A stretch of 64,000 bases of DNA, taken from positions 28,445,175 through 28,509,174 of the forward strand of contig NC_092677.1 of the NCBI RefSeq assembly GCF_964355755.1, read 5' to 3'. Under the pieces are notes generated by a model, which was given only the letters and a program-made list of their open reading frames with translations, did no database searches and had not been told where the DNA came from. This document shows, piece by piece, positions 51,658 to 64,000 of this stretch (the first letter of the stretch is position 1; every line of letters starts with the position of its first letter). The translations under genes and the position numbers were made by a program. The stretch is from Antedon mediterranea. Its lineage: Eukaryota; Animalia; Echinodermata.

Positions 51658-53016
51658 ACATTTATTCAGATAATATTAATAATGAATGAACATATACAAA
51701 ATAGAAAAAAGATATTAAAGTCGATTAATTGAAAAAAATGGGTAATTTAAATTATAAACTAGTGTGATGCCAGGATTGACGAAGCAAGTATTCATTGAAT
51801 AAGAGCTGTTGGAACAGATTCGAGTGAAAATCCCCGGTGGCTCGGAAAATTTTAGACATTTAACCATAATCCTTAATTGGCCACACTTTGGTATAGTTTT
51901 ATTTTTAACAGAAATATCATCACTGCCATTAAGGCATTGCAATTTACAGGGAAAAGAACAAATGCAGCAAAATGTTTTCGAAAACCCCACTAAAATGGAT
52001 ATTTTATAATAATAATTTTCCACACAAAGGTCAGAAATCGGCACTTAATCATTATTTTTCAGGCACTGTGGGCGCGCCATAAAATTGGTACAGTAATAAC
52101 ATGCAAACAATTGCAATCACAACGACGACGCAACAACAAAGATCGATCGAGGTCGCGCTAACACCAAAGAATATATATCACAAGAATGAGTAATCCGCGA
52201 TTTTCCCTGTAACAGTAATATTGTCCATGTGGTAGGGCGCCGCCATAAGTGTGGATGTATCTGGGATGTATACAACTTTTTGTGACGGTTTCACTAATCA
52301 AAGGCTAGACCACCGGTAGTATTTACATGATAAAAAATGTTATCAACTACATGCCAACATCATGTTAAATACTATTTGGATATTTAATTGTTCGTTTTAT
52401 GCAATTTATTTAGTAAAAACTGCCGTATAAACAGTTTGCTTTATCAACCGGGCGCTACAATAGCGTGACCGGGCGTGTTGGTGTTTACGCGTTTTCACGA
52501 ACGATAGTTTAATAATATTCCTATATTTAACTTGTTTCTGGTAAAACAAATAAATGTTAATGACATTTAACATTTTATCCTAATAATACCATGTATTTTA
52601 TACTAATTTATATCATATAAACAATACTTAATTTACCGGGCGTAGAGTAGTACACGCGGCAATGGTAAAGAATGGGCCGTGCTGAGTAATATTCGTTGAT
52701 TTTTGGTGTTGCTGTGTTAGGCCTTTTTTGTGAACTAATTTAGCATGTTAGTAAATAATTGTCTGTAAAAGTGAATAAACACTAGTTTGTTAATAAATAT
52801 GTATTATAAAATAGTTTACAATTGCAAAAACTATCATCATAATTCTATTTAATGTGACATGCATCAAGTCTATTAAATCAAGTCTTATTTAGTATGTATA
52901 CATCCGCCCTTATGAGGGCGGGCATCACTCACTGGAGCTCTCTGTTACAAATTTCTCATGCAAAAATCGCGGAATACTCATTCTTGTGATATATTCTTTG
53001 CTAACACTTATTCACC

Positions 53017-56000
53017 ATGGCGGTGTATGAAGTTTACAGTCATCCTATTCAACAGAGATACAAATCGTCATTTTGCACTAAAGCTAGTGTATTTATTATT
53101 GTTATGTTTTTATTAACATCAATTCCACCATTTCTTGTTACTTATTCTAGTCAAGGTAGGTGTACTACTAGGCTACGCATGTTTTTAGCTAGGCCTAGTA
53201 GGCTAGGTGGTAGTAGTAGTAGGCCGGGAGTATGGTCGAAGGGGCCGCCAAGGAAAGCGACCGTTGTACGCTTTAATCTTTGATTGTCGTTGTCAACGCC
53301 CTGATGGCCAATGGCCAGTTGAGCTACGGGTAAAGGAGTATGGTCAAACCAATAAAGCCAAAAATCATGGGGTTAGATCCATCTCGGCCGCCGACAATCT
53401 CGGCCGCCGGATTAAAAAGCCGAATTGTATGGCGCGCCACCGATGCTTGTATTGTGAGTAATTAAAATTTAATGCAGCGCATACGCACGTATTCTACGGA
53501 GTATGGTCGAAGCGGCCGCCAACCAAAGCGGCCGCCAGTTTAATATCGTCATTTGTATGGAACGCCATGTGCGCTTTAATCTTTGATTGTCGTTGTCAAC
53601 GCCATGGCCTATGGCGAGTTGAGTTACAGCTGTGTGTATGGTCAAACCAATAAATATAAGCCAAATCATGTACTATCGAATCTTTATATTTCTATAATAA
53701 TTAAGTTTGCCTGCGGATAAATTAATGTATATTTTATTTGTATTTTAATATTAATAACTAACTAAATATATTTACATTATATATTATCGAATCATTAATA
53801 ATTTACGTTTGCATCATAATCTACATACTATTGAACCTCTATGTCTCATTTATTACGTACTATTTATTTATTTGTTTATTTTATCCTCTTGACCCGACGT
53901 TTCTTGAGCACTCTCCTATCGAATCTTTATACAGTATTGCATTAATAATTTACGTACGGTATTGGCGAATATTTATATCTCATTTACATACTATCGAATC
54001 TTCATACAGTATTGCAATAATAATTTACGTACGGTATTGCCGAATCTTTATATCTCATTTACATACTATCGAATCTTTTTACAGTATTGCAATATAATAA
54101 TTTACGTACGGTATTGCCGAATATTTATATCTCATTTACATACTATCGAATCTTCATACAGTATTGCAATAATAATTTACGTACGGTATTGCCGAATCTT
54201 TATATCTCATTTACATACTATCGAATCTTTTTACAGTATTGCAATATAATAATTTACGTACGGTATTGCCGAACATTTATATCTCATTTACTATCGAATC
54301 CTTATACAGTATTGCATTAATAATTTACGTACGGTATTGCTGAATACTTGTATCTCATAGAATCTTTTTACAGTATTGCAATAATAATTTACGTACTATT
54401 AAGGTATTGCCGAATCTTTATATCTCATTTACATACTATCGAGTCTTTATACAGTATTGCATTAATAATTTACGTACGGTATTGCCGAATATTTATATCT
54501 CATTTACATACTATCGAATCTTTATACAGTACTGCATTAATATTTACGTACGGTATTGCCGAATCTTTATATCTCATTTACATCAAATCTTTATACAGTA
54601 TTGCAATAATAATTTACGTACGGTATTGCCGAATATTTATATCTAATTTACATCAAATCTTTATACAGTATTGCATTAATAATTCATGTACGGTATTGCC
54701 GAATCTTTATATCTCATTTACATCGAATCTTTATACAGTATTGCAATAATAATTTACGTACGGTATTGCCGAATATTTATATCTCATTTACATCGAATCT
54801 TTACAGTATTGCATTAATAATTTACGTACGGTATTGCCGAATCTTTATATCTCATTTACATCGAATCTTTATACAGTATTGCAATAATAAGTTACGTACG
54901 GTATTGCCGAATATTTATATCTCATTAATTTACATCGAATCTTTACAGTATTGCATTAATAATTTACGTACGGTATTGCCGAATCTTTATATCTCATTTA
55001 CATCGAATCTTTATACAGTATTGCAATAATAAGTTACGTACGGTATTGCCGAATTTTTATATCTCGTTTACACTGTACTATCGAATCTTGGTTTTTATTA
55101 TTAGTAATAGGGTGTGTTATACATTTAAGTGTTATTCCATTGTAATACATTGTTTGTGTTTTCAATGAAGCAACGTGAAGACGAAAACGCGACCTTCTAC
55201 AGCACTATTCCTGGCCGGCCGCCAGTCGAGTTATTAGCAGAAATTCACGTAATTAATTACCGTACCGTACAGGCACTTGCGTCTTATTTTAGTATTTAAA
55301 ACTAATTTTAAATTGATCAATATTTATATATCTGAAGGTATAAAACAATTTAGGATATTAAATAAATAGATTGATGTCATCATGTTATTGTAATTAAATT
55401 ATGTTTGCGAACACGTACTACTTACAGTAGTTACTTTACTAATATATTAATATACAATAACAAATATATATATTTTGATTTGATATATTTTATTGAAAAA
55501 ATATATATATTATTCTTAATAATTGGCATATTATATATTATACAATAAAAACACCACAATGTTTTTTATTGACTTTATTAAACATATAGGCCTATATCAT
55601 TTAGAACAGTTAAAGTAAGTAATCATCGATTCGCCATTTCGTTTAAAAGAAGGTATCACATTCAATCTGTCAAAAAAGAGAATATATTACATAATATTAA
55701 TAATGTAAGTTGTTATTTACGTCCGAGGAAAAGAAAACCTGACGATCGAAACAATGACAATCAAAAATGACAAAACAACGACAATCAAAGCGCACACGGC
55801 GTTCCATACAAATTACCGTTATTGAACTAGCGGCCGCTTTGGTTGGCGGCCGCTTCGACCGTAATCCTATTCTACATGTATACTAATTAATAAAGTCATT
55901 AATTAACTTTTAATTATTGTTTTAATAAATGCTTTTTTTCAGATTAATAAATTAGTAGTATCAATCAATATCGATATTATTTAGTATTCGATTTATTTTA

Positions 56001-59000
56001 TATCTAAAGCTGGCTAACTTTAAAAAAATATTATTTGTGATACCCCTAAAGGTGTCAGATGAAATCGGTCACGTTTGAAATCGGTCGCGATAAAATCAAC
56101 ATCCGGTATTTTGTATGGAGCGCCGCTATATACGCTTTTTATCATATTAGTTACGTTTGATATCGGTCGCGTTTTATTTTGGTCGCGCTAATTTGTATAT
56201 GGCGCATTAGATACATTTTTAATGAAAACGCTCATTATGTTTTCAGTTAATTTTGAATATTAGAATTTCTATTTAATTGGCCTACTATTTGACGTTATTT
56301 TTTAAGTACAGTAAATATAAATATTTATCTCATTATTTATAAATAATTTGTGTTTTCATTTTATCTTACATGTTTTAATGAAGTGTAATGTGTTCTTTTA
56401 GAAAATCGTTTTAAAAATGTTTTGTTTTTGTTTTATTGAATGTTGTGCAAGTTTTTGAAAAGATTGGCATGCCACTGTTTAAAGTTTTGAAAATAATAAA
56501 TAGTAGACGCGCCTATTGCGTATTTTTTAATCACAGTTAATTACGAAACTCGTTCTATACCAGCTTAGGAGGTTTATGCAATAAAGGAAGATGATGCATG
56601 GATTATGATTTTTGCATTCGATATCCGCCACTCTGAAGTGAGCATGGTTTGGGATAATAATAAAATATATAGATACTATGCCGTTATAAATCAATCTACC
56701 GGCCCTACAGTAGAACTATGATGTACAATTAATGATAGATGTGAGAATAAATGTATGGATAATAAGGTGAACACGATTCTCAAAGAGGTAATCTGTACTG
56801 ATATTTAAACATTGAGATTTACGAACGGCATATGAATGTGAGACACTAAGTTGCACTTACTTAATTATTTACATTAAATGATTATTATACATGAAGAAAT
56901 AAAAGATTTTTCAAATTAAAATCTATAGTATCGCCGACGTATATATACGTAGATTATATATAAATCCTACTGTCAAATTATAGAAACAGTGCTCATATTC
57001 GGAACATGATCTCATAATCGCGTCGAGCATAGCTCATTGGATCGTTTCACAAAAACAGGTGCAGGAGGCCTCCTATGGACGTTTCAAACGTATGGTTATT
57101 TAGTAATAGACGTCATCTTTACCTGGCCATGGACAACGATCGTACGTGTTTTGTCCATGATTTGACACACTAACAAGTGCATGTTTTTTTAAAAAGGGGA
57201 AACCCCGTCAGCAAAATAACGTATTGTTACGGGAAACAGCTGCACGATCATAGAAGGCGCATCTCCAATATGGCTTATTCGGGGGTTTATTTCAGTAACT
57301 CGCATATAGGGCCTAATGATCATTTTACAAAAAAACTATTTTAAACATTAGAAATAAAATATACACGTGATTTGCCTCAACAATAATCATTATAAACTTA
57401 ATATTACCCTACATTAACGGATATAAATAAAATAGAAATAAAAATAAGATGATCGAATAGTATGTTATATATATACTGTATATATATATGATACAATCTA
57501 CCACAGTATGCATAAGTATAAAAATGGATACGCTGACTTTACGGGCTAGATTGTAAAAATTATTGTTTTTAAATAAATTGTTCTCTTTTACGTAAATGTT
57601 TGCTTAATAAAAGACATAGACGTATATTCCCTATATAATATATTAAGCAATACAGTACATAATTATAAATAGAGGTAAATTTTTATATGCCAAATATAAT
57701 ATTATGCCTAATATAATATTTAAACGTGGTTAGAAATGGCCATTTTGAAAAGACAGTCCTTCTCCGAGACCTGTGAAATACAAAAAAAAAAATTAGTTTA
57801 ATGATTGATAATAAATATTTATTAACCAAATAAAAAATATCCACATAAATAATCTAGTTCCTAAAAAATATCAATTAAATCTATATAAACGAAAAATGTA
57901 TATCCTGCTCTAGGTCGTTTACATACTATATCAAATCTTTATACAGTATTGCATTAAATAATTTACGTACGATATTGCCGAATCTTAATATCTCATTTAC
58001 ATACTATCAAATCTTTATACAGTATTGCATTAAATAATTTACGTACGGTATTGCCGAATCTTAATATCTCATTTACATACTATCAAATCTTTATACAGTA
58101 TTGCATTAAATAATTTACGTACGGTATTGCCGAATCTTAATATCTCATTTACATACTATCGAATCTTTATACAGTATTGCATTAATAATTTACGTACGGT
58201 ATTGCCGAATCTTTATATCTCATTTACATACTATCGAATCTTTAATTTACGTACGGTATTGCCGAATCTTAATATCTAAGATTACAAAACAACGACAATC
58301 AAAGCGCACACGGCGTTCCATACAGATTACCGTTATTGAACTAGCGGCCGCTTTGGTTGTTGGCGGCCGCTTCGACTGTAATTCCACGTCGTCACCATTA
58401 CACTATCATAACAGGCACTTTTGGCGCTCCATACAATATCGCGTTCTGTAACCGGCGGCCGAGGTTGTTGGCGGCCGAGATGGACCTAAGCCAAATCATG
58501 TACTATCGAATCTAAATAATTCTATAATATTACGTGTGCCTTCCGATAATAAAATCAATGTAGGGGCCTATATTTTATTTGTATTTTATTACTGTATTAT
58601 ATTAATTTACAATCGGCTCTTAATAAAAATAATAAAATAAAATAACTCAAAAACAAAGCTTTAATTTCAATCAATTTTCAACAATCCAGTAAGCACTTTT
58701 TAGGCGCTACTGCAGTTTCGCACCACACCGTTATATCTTCGATTCGAGAATTTTTTTGGATAATAATAAAAAATGTAGAAACTATAGAGGGAAATATTAT
58801 AAAATCCGATTACACATATAGGCATAGTTTTGAAAGGCAAGAAATGTTTTCAGCTGGCGTAATAGAGGTTAAATTAAATTATTATTCATATTAATAAATA
58901 CGCCTATCAAAGAAAATTATCTCAGTCACTAATCAATACATTCACTAAAAAAAAAAAAATCATTTTCTATTTTTTAATACAGTAAGATAGAATGATAGAT

Positions 59001-61165
59001 GTGTTTTACATATTGAAATTGAAATATGGTTTATGATTTTTAAAACTGTGAATTGTTTTTTAAAAATAAAATGTTATATGTACGGACTCATCATATCGTC
59101 GCCGTTTTGATATACAGCTGGTTCTTTATTAAACCACTCTCTGCAGTTTAAAATAAAAAATACATTGATTTCTGGCAATTTTCTGATTCTAAAATGGCCA
59201 CAGTTCAATCGAAGTATTTGAGGAAAAGGAGCTGTTTTGAAAGGCATTTTTTATTGTGATAAAGGTAATCATGGGAACATGTTACATAATGGCCCAAAAT
59301 TGTATGATGTGGGTGTGAGAAGAAAATTAGGTGAGAAATTAAAGATATAACAGTGTGGTGCGAAACTGCAGAAGCACCGCACTTTAAACAACAGCTTCAC
59401 AATAACTTTTACAATCTAATATCCAACCTTCTTCAAAATAAATGCTTCAATCAAAAATCCTTCCCCCTTCTTACAATTGTCATACTTCCCCTTTATATAC
59501 AATATATACATTGATTGTAGGTTTCTGGATAAAAGAGGGTGTGTATAGAGAACAAGCCGAGGTTAATTTTAAACATGAGCTTCTTCTAATATTAGAGACA
59601 TCAGATTCATATATTGCATGGAGTACATATGAACATTTTAATGTTCTTGAACAGTCAAATCTTGTAGTACCAGTTGTAAAGGTAATATTAAAATGATTAT
59701 AACTTTAAATTTTAGATACTATAATAAGGCCAACAAATTAGTTTCTTTTCTAGATAAAAGAATTTGCATGTTTAATGTAATTTTTAATAATTACTGTAGT
59801 TTAAACAACAATTGTTCAGTAGGCTATATCAGAATCAAACTCATTTGTATAGGAAACTGACAAACTGTCTGACTAACAATTTAAGTTAAATGTGGTCCTT
59901 TATTGTCACGGGTGGTCTTTGCATCTCATTAATGTCCTTATCATTTCTGTATAATGTGGTCCTTTGTTGTCAGGGGTGGTCTTTGCATCTCATTAATGCC
60001 CTTACCATTTCTGTATAATGTGGTCCTTTGTTGTCAGGGGTGGTCTTTTCATCTTATTAATGTCCTTATCATTTCTGTATAATGTGGTCCTTTGTTGTCA
60101 GGGGTGGTCTTTGCATCTTATTAATGCCCTTATCATTTCTGTATAATGTGGTCCTTTGTTGTCAGGGGTGGTCTTTGCATCTCATTCTCTTATCATTTCT
60201 GTATAATGTGGTCCTTTGTTGTCAGGGGTGGTCTTTGCATCTTATTAATGCTCTTATCATTTTTGTATAATGTGGTCCTTTGTTGTTAGGGGTGGTCTTT
60301 TCATCTTATTAATGCCCTTTTCATTTCTGTATAATGTGGTCCTTTGTTGTCAGAGGTGGTCTTTGCATCTCATTAATGCCCTTATCATTTACGTATAATG
60401 TGGTCCTTTGTTGTCAGAGGTGGTCTTTGCATCTCATTAATGTCCTTATCATTTCTGTATAATGTGGTCCTTTGTTGTCAGAGGTGGTCTTTGCATCTCA
60501 TTAATGCCCTTATCATTTCTGTATAATGTGGTCCTTTGTTGTTAGAGGTGGTCTTTGCATCTTATTAATGCCCTTATCATTTCTGTATAATGTGGTCCTT
60601 TGTTGTTAGGGGTGGTCTTTGCATCTTATTAATGCCCTTACCATTTCTGTATAATGTGGTCCTTTGTTGTCAGGGGTGGTCTTTGCATCTCATTATAATG
60701 CCCTTATCATTTCTGTATAATGTGGTCCTTTGTTGTCAGGGGTGGTCTTTGCATCTCATTAATGCCCTTATCATTTCTGTATAATGTGGTCATTTGTTGT
60801 CAAGGGTGGTCTTTGCATCTCATTAATGCCCTTATCATTTCTGTATAATGTGGTCCTTTGTTGTCAAGGGTGGTCTTTGCATCTCATTAATGCCCTTTTC
60901 ATTTCTGTATAATGTGGTCCTTTGTTGTCAGGGGTGGTCTTTGCATCTCATTAATGCCCTTTTCATTTCTGTATAATGTGGTCCTTTGTTGTCAAGGGTG
61001 GTCTTTGAATCTCATTAATGCATTATTCACTATTTACAGACAAGAGAAGAGGACAACAACATGGATGGCAAAGCAGACAAGTTACATTACAACATTAAAG
61101 TTCCATTACTTGATACACAAGTTTTCTCTGTAAAACTTATTCTCATCTTTGATTATCAATTACAT
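53017..61165 (+). CDS. TMEM231: Ciliary transition-zone protein TMEM231, exons 1-3; continues beyond what is recognisable here
   Basis: Exons 53017-53155, 59521-59681 and 61040-61165 give MAVYEVYSHP..IPPFLV..GFWIK..EQAEVNF..IAWSTY..VPVVKTREEDNNMDGKAD..LILIFDYQLH, matching the recalled TMEM231 N-terminus. Confidence 0.92.
53370..58492. mobile_element. 5.1-kb long-TIR (about 220 bp) element with 8-bp TSD and internal tandem arrays
   Basis: GGGTTAGATCCATCTCGGCCGCC at the left end, GGCGGCCGAGATGGACCTAAGCC at the right end, AAATCATG on both flanks. No transposase ORF seen. Confidence 0.75.
53915..55088. repeat. About 70-76-bp tandem array inside the element; second block at about 57918-58275
   Basis: TACTATCGAATCTTTATACAGTATTGCATTAATAATTTACGTACGGTATTGCCGAATCTTTATATCTCATTTACA variants. 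Confidence 0.92.
58703..59378. mobile_element. MITE with about 37-bp TIR, possibly Mutator-like
   Basis: GGCGCTACTGCAGTTTCGCACCACACCGTTATATCTT / AAGATATAACAGTGTGGTGCGAAACTGCAGAAGCACC. Imperfect flanking duplication GCACTTTTTA / GCACTTTAAA. Confidence 0.75.
59888..61021. repeat. 64-bp tandem array, about 18 copies, TMEM231 intron 2
   Basis: TGTGGTCCTTTGTTGTCAGGGGTGGTCTTTGCATCTCATTAATGCCCTTATCATTTCTGTATAA. It ends about 18 nt before the exon at 61040. Confidence 0.96.
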
Positions 61166-61529
61166 GTAAGTATAGTCTTGTAGTGAATATGTCACGTTTC
61201 GTACCCTAATCAGGCATTCATATCATTGCGATCTAATGCTTGACTGAATCAAAAAAATTGTGTGGATTCCCAGTCCATGGTATTGTTTGGTGCTGTGAAA
61301 ATTTGTACCAAATCTAGTAGATATTTTGCTTTTTTGGCATAAGTGGGTTAAGTTACATCCTCCATTTAATTATATATGCATGATAATGTATTTTTGTTGT
61401 TGTCATAAACTTTATTTATTCTTCCTTAGCATTATTTTGCGATTTAACGAATTTCACGTTTGTAATCAATCAAAATCTTTATTTATTCATGAAATTATAA
61501 CATACAAAAGTACAAAATATAAAACTCGT

Positions 61530-61978
61530 TCACCATAAAATAAAGGTGTTCTTCCACAAGTTCGTGATAGGTAATATAATATATACAAATAATACAGTGT
61601 ATACACATTTATACAAAAACATTAAAAGAAAGAATTTATAAAATAATACAGCATTAGGCTTCCAGTTTAATTTTGTTTGCAATTTCTGTTTTGAATATGT
61701 TCAGAGATTGTGGCATCTTATTGATATCAATATTATGTGTCTTCCAAGTTATAACCCCCCTATAAGAAATACTACGTTTTTTATACTCAGTGCGAGGTTT
61801 CGGAACACAGAGGTTTGTATCATTATGTCTAAAGTTATATTTGAAATTATTTTGTTTAACTAGATTTGATAGATATGTGGGTGCACGCCCCGTCATAACT
61901 TTATAAATTAACATGCAACATTCATACTCATCTTTAGTTGAGAGGGTAAGCCAATTTACTCGCTGAAGTGCATCTTTA
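61530..61978 (-). mobile_element. CR1/L2-group LINE 3' fragment
   Basis: ORF 61654..61914 has IYKVMTGRAPTYLSNL, VPKPRTEYKKRSISYRG and SLNIFK. Confidence 0.8.
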
Positions 61979-61979
61979 A

Positions 61980-62300
61980 GGCTGGTTTCCTGTCGACGTA
62001 AGAGTCAGTTTTTCTAACGTCAGTTACGATTGTTACGTCGATTTTACGTAAGAAACCAACATTTGACAGGAAACCGCTTACGACAATATTTTGGTGAAAT
62101 CGACGTAAACGCAAGAAAAATAGACGATCGACAGGAAACCGGGGTATCGAATCTCCGTCTGATACGTCGATTTATCGCGAATTTACAGGAAACCGGGATT
62201 TTATTGCTTGCGATTACTTGCGTTGCGTTATTAGCGATTCTTACGTAAAGTTGACTTGGAGTCAACTTTACGTAAGCGTAAGAGTCGTAAGCGCAAGATA
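61980..62300. mobile_element. One end of a probable DNA transposon (PIF/Harbinger-like start)
   Basis: TAA|GGCTGGTTTCCTGTCGACG abuts the LINE fragment, followed by CpG-rich repeated ACAGGAAACCG/ACGTAA motifs. The matching end was not found. Confidence 0.4.
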
Positions 62301-64000
62301 TACAATGGAAAAGGATAGGCCTATTTTTAATAGATACGAAAATACGAATTTCATTAATAAAAGCAGCTTTTTTACAACACCTCTTTACCAAAAAAGGATA
62401 AAAATTAGCCCTATTAAAAACGTACAATTATATTCAAGTTCTTTCTATTCACACTTTTCTTTATTTTATTGACATATTCTCCTTCCGGTAATTAAGTTCA
62501 TTAACTATTCTTTTATTAGGAGAAATGATTCGATGTGTTTAAACAATTTAAACCGGCACTATTTGCTCCATCTGAGTTTTTCTAATCAATGTTTTTGTTG
62601 TTTGTGTTGTTATAAGAAGCATGCTATTAGACTCTGATGCAGTAGATGTAATATTAAATACAGAAGGTAAGACATTTAATAACAATTAATAATAATGATA
62701 ATAATAGTAATAATAATAAAGTTATTAAATAATATTGCCATTCAATATCCCTCCGCACTTAATAATAAGAAGCATACAGTAAATATACTTGTTAAATAAA
62801 TTTATTTACAAATACATTCTGCACAATACTATTTTATGGATTAGGCCATTTATATAAATTCTCAAAAACAATAGATGCATACACCATGGCATACAGAATA
62901 TATAATACCGACAATAAACCTTTAACTAAATACTATAATTACTTACTTATTAACTAAATACATTTTTAAAAAGCAAACACAAACACTTTTACTGATTACC
63001 TTAAGTGATATACAGTAACTTTCTTTGCATACACTGTGTCACAAAATATATATGATACAGGAAATTAAACCTTTAAATAAATCTAAAAAGTTGAGTACTA
63101 AAACTATAAACATATTTTTAAACTCTGAAACTGTGGTACACTGTAATAACTGTAATTTCTCTCTTTCAGATGGAGCTGAATTAAGGACACAAGTTGATTC
63201 AATCTTTCTGGTGTCATTCTTGTATATCTATTTAATAAAGCAAAACAATTTGTAAATGCAACACATACACTTTCAATGTTGATACATTATCAATGTTAAT
63301 ATCAATGTTTTGTTTAATTTTCAGTGGTACTAGAAGCAGACTTTCTGTTCACATGTAAAAATGTTAATAATAAATAAGTGTGATATTTCCTATGTACTGG
63401 GCAGTATTTACTTTGGAATCATTATAGGCCTCATTTTGTGTTTAAAATTTGCTCTGTAAAAATATTTAACATTTTAAAACTAGTGTTTTGAAGCTTTTCA
63501 ATAATTATTTTAAATCAAAGAAAAATAATTAAACATATATATTTAAAGTGTTTTTCACTTGTTTTTCTTAAGAATGACTACAAATTTTAATTTATAGCAT
63601 TTTCCTGTTAAGCAGCTGAACTACTGTTATTAGTTATAATTATGTGTACAGTATGATAACATTTTTAGTTACAAACATTTAGTTTTTAAACACATTCCAA
63701 CCAAAGGGCATGTAAAAGAAGAGTTTCACTGTAGATCATTTTTGTTGCAGTTTAGAAGTTGGAATTATTGTGTAGAGTGTGTAGTTCCAATACATTAAAA
63801 TGTTAAAATGTTTTTTTTTTAATTTGGCCTATCATATAAAATAAAGTCACACTAAAAAAAAGAGAATTTATGCCTAATTCCAAAGCTAGCCTAGGCCTAC
63901 AGATGGTGGTCCACTTAATTGGGATAGGCCTAGTACTTGTTTGTAGGGCCTAGCCTAGTAGAAGTAGGCTAGTATAGGAGGCCTACTACTACTAAGTACT

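Noticed and set aside
51715-52044. 109-aa minus-strand ORF as a gene
   Set aside because: No recognisable homology or splice structure. Possibly a decayed retroelement piece.
56500-57320. Possible decayed coding sequence inside the long-TIR element
   Set aside because: The frames I read contain stops and no family motif I could recognise.

Overview
AT-rich eukaryotic DNA from an invertebrate animal, probably a deuterostome (inferred from gene content and a Deu/Nin-domain SINE remnant). Five genes are recognisable: the 3' half of a copine (+), a single-coding-exon NUDT7-like CoA diphosphatase (-), a complete DHX38/PRP16 splicing helicase (+), a complete TOP1 (+) and the first three exons of TMEM231 (+). 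Introns and intergenic DNA hold LINE fragments, TTAA-flanked Kolobok-type elements, a Helitron, a DINE/Helentron-like element, long-TIR elements and more than 15 locus-specific tandem arrays. The main observation is that many intronic arrays are tandem amplifications of the gene's own exon-intron junction. DHX38 has five such arrays (29, 4, 11, 6 and 47 copies of a splice site or splice-site-like unit), TOP1 has one, and two further arrays carry YAG|GT in every unit. In the junction arrays only the outermost site yields the conserved protein. One array has fold-back hairpins with flipping loops, and a ~35-bp core is shared between arrays in TOP1 and TMEM231. The long ORFs over the arrays are repeat artefacts. 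Gene identities come from remembered homologue motifs, not from a database search.
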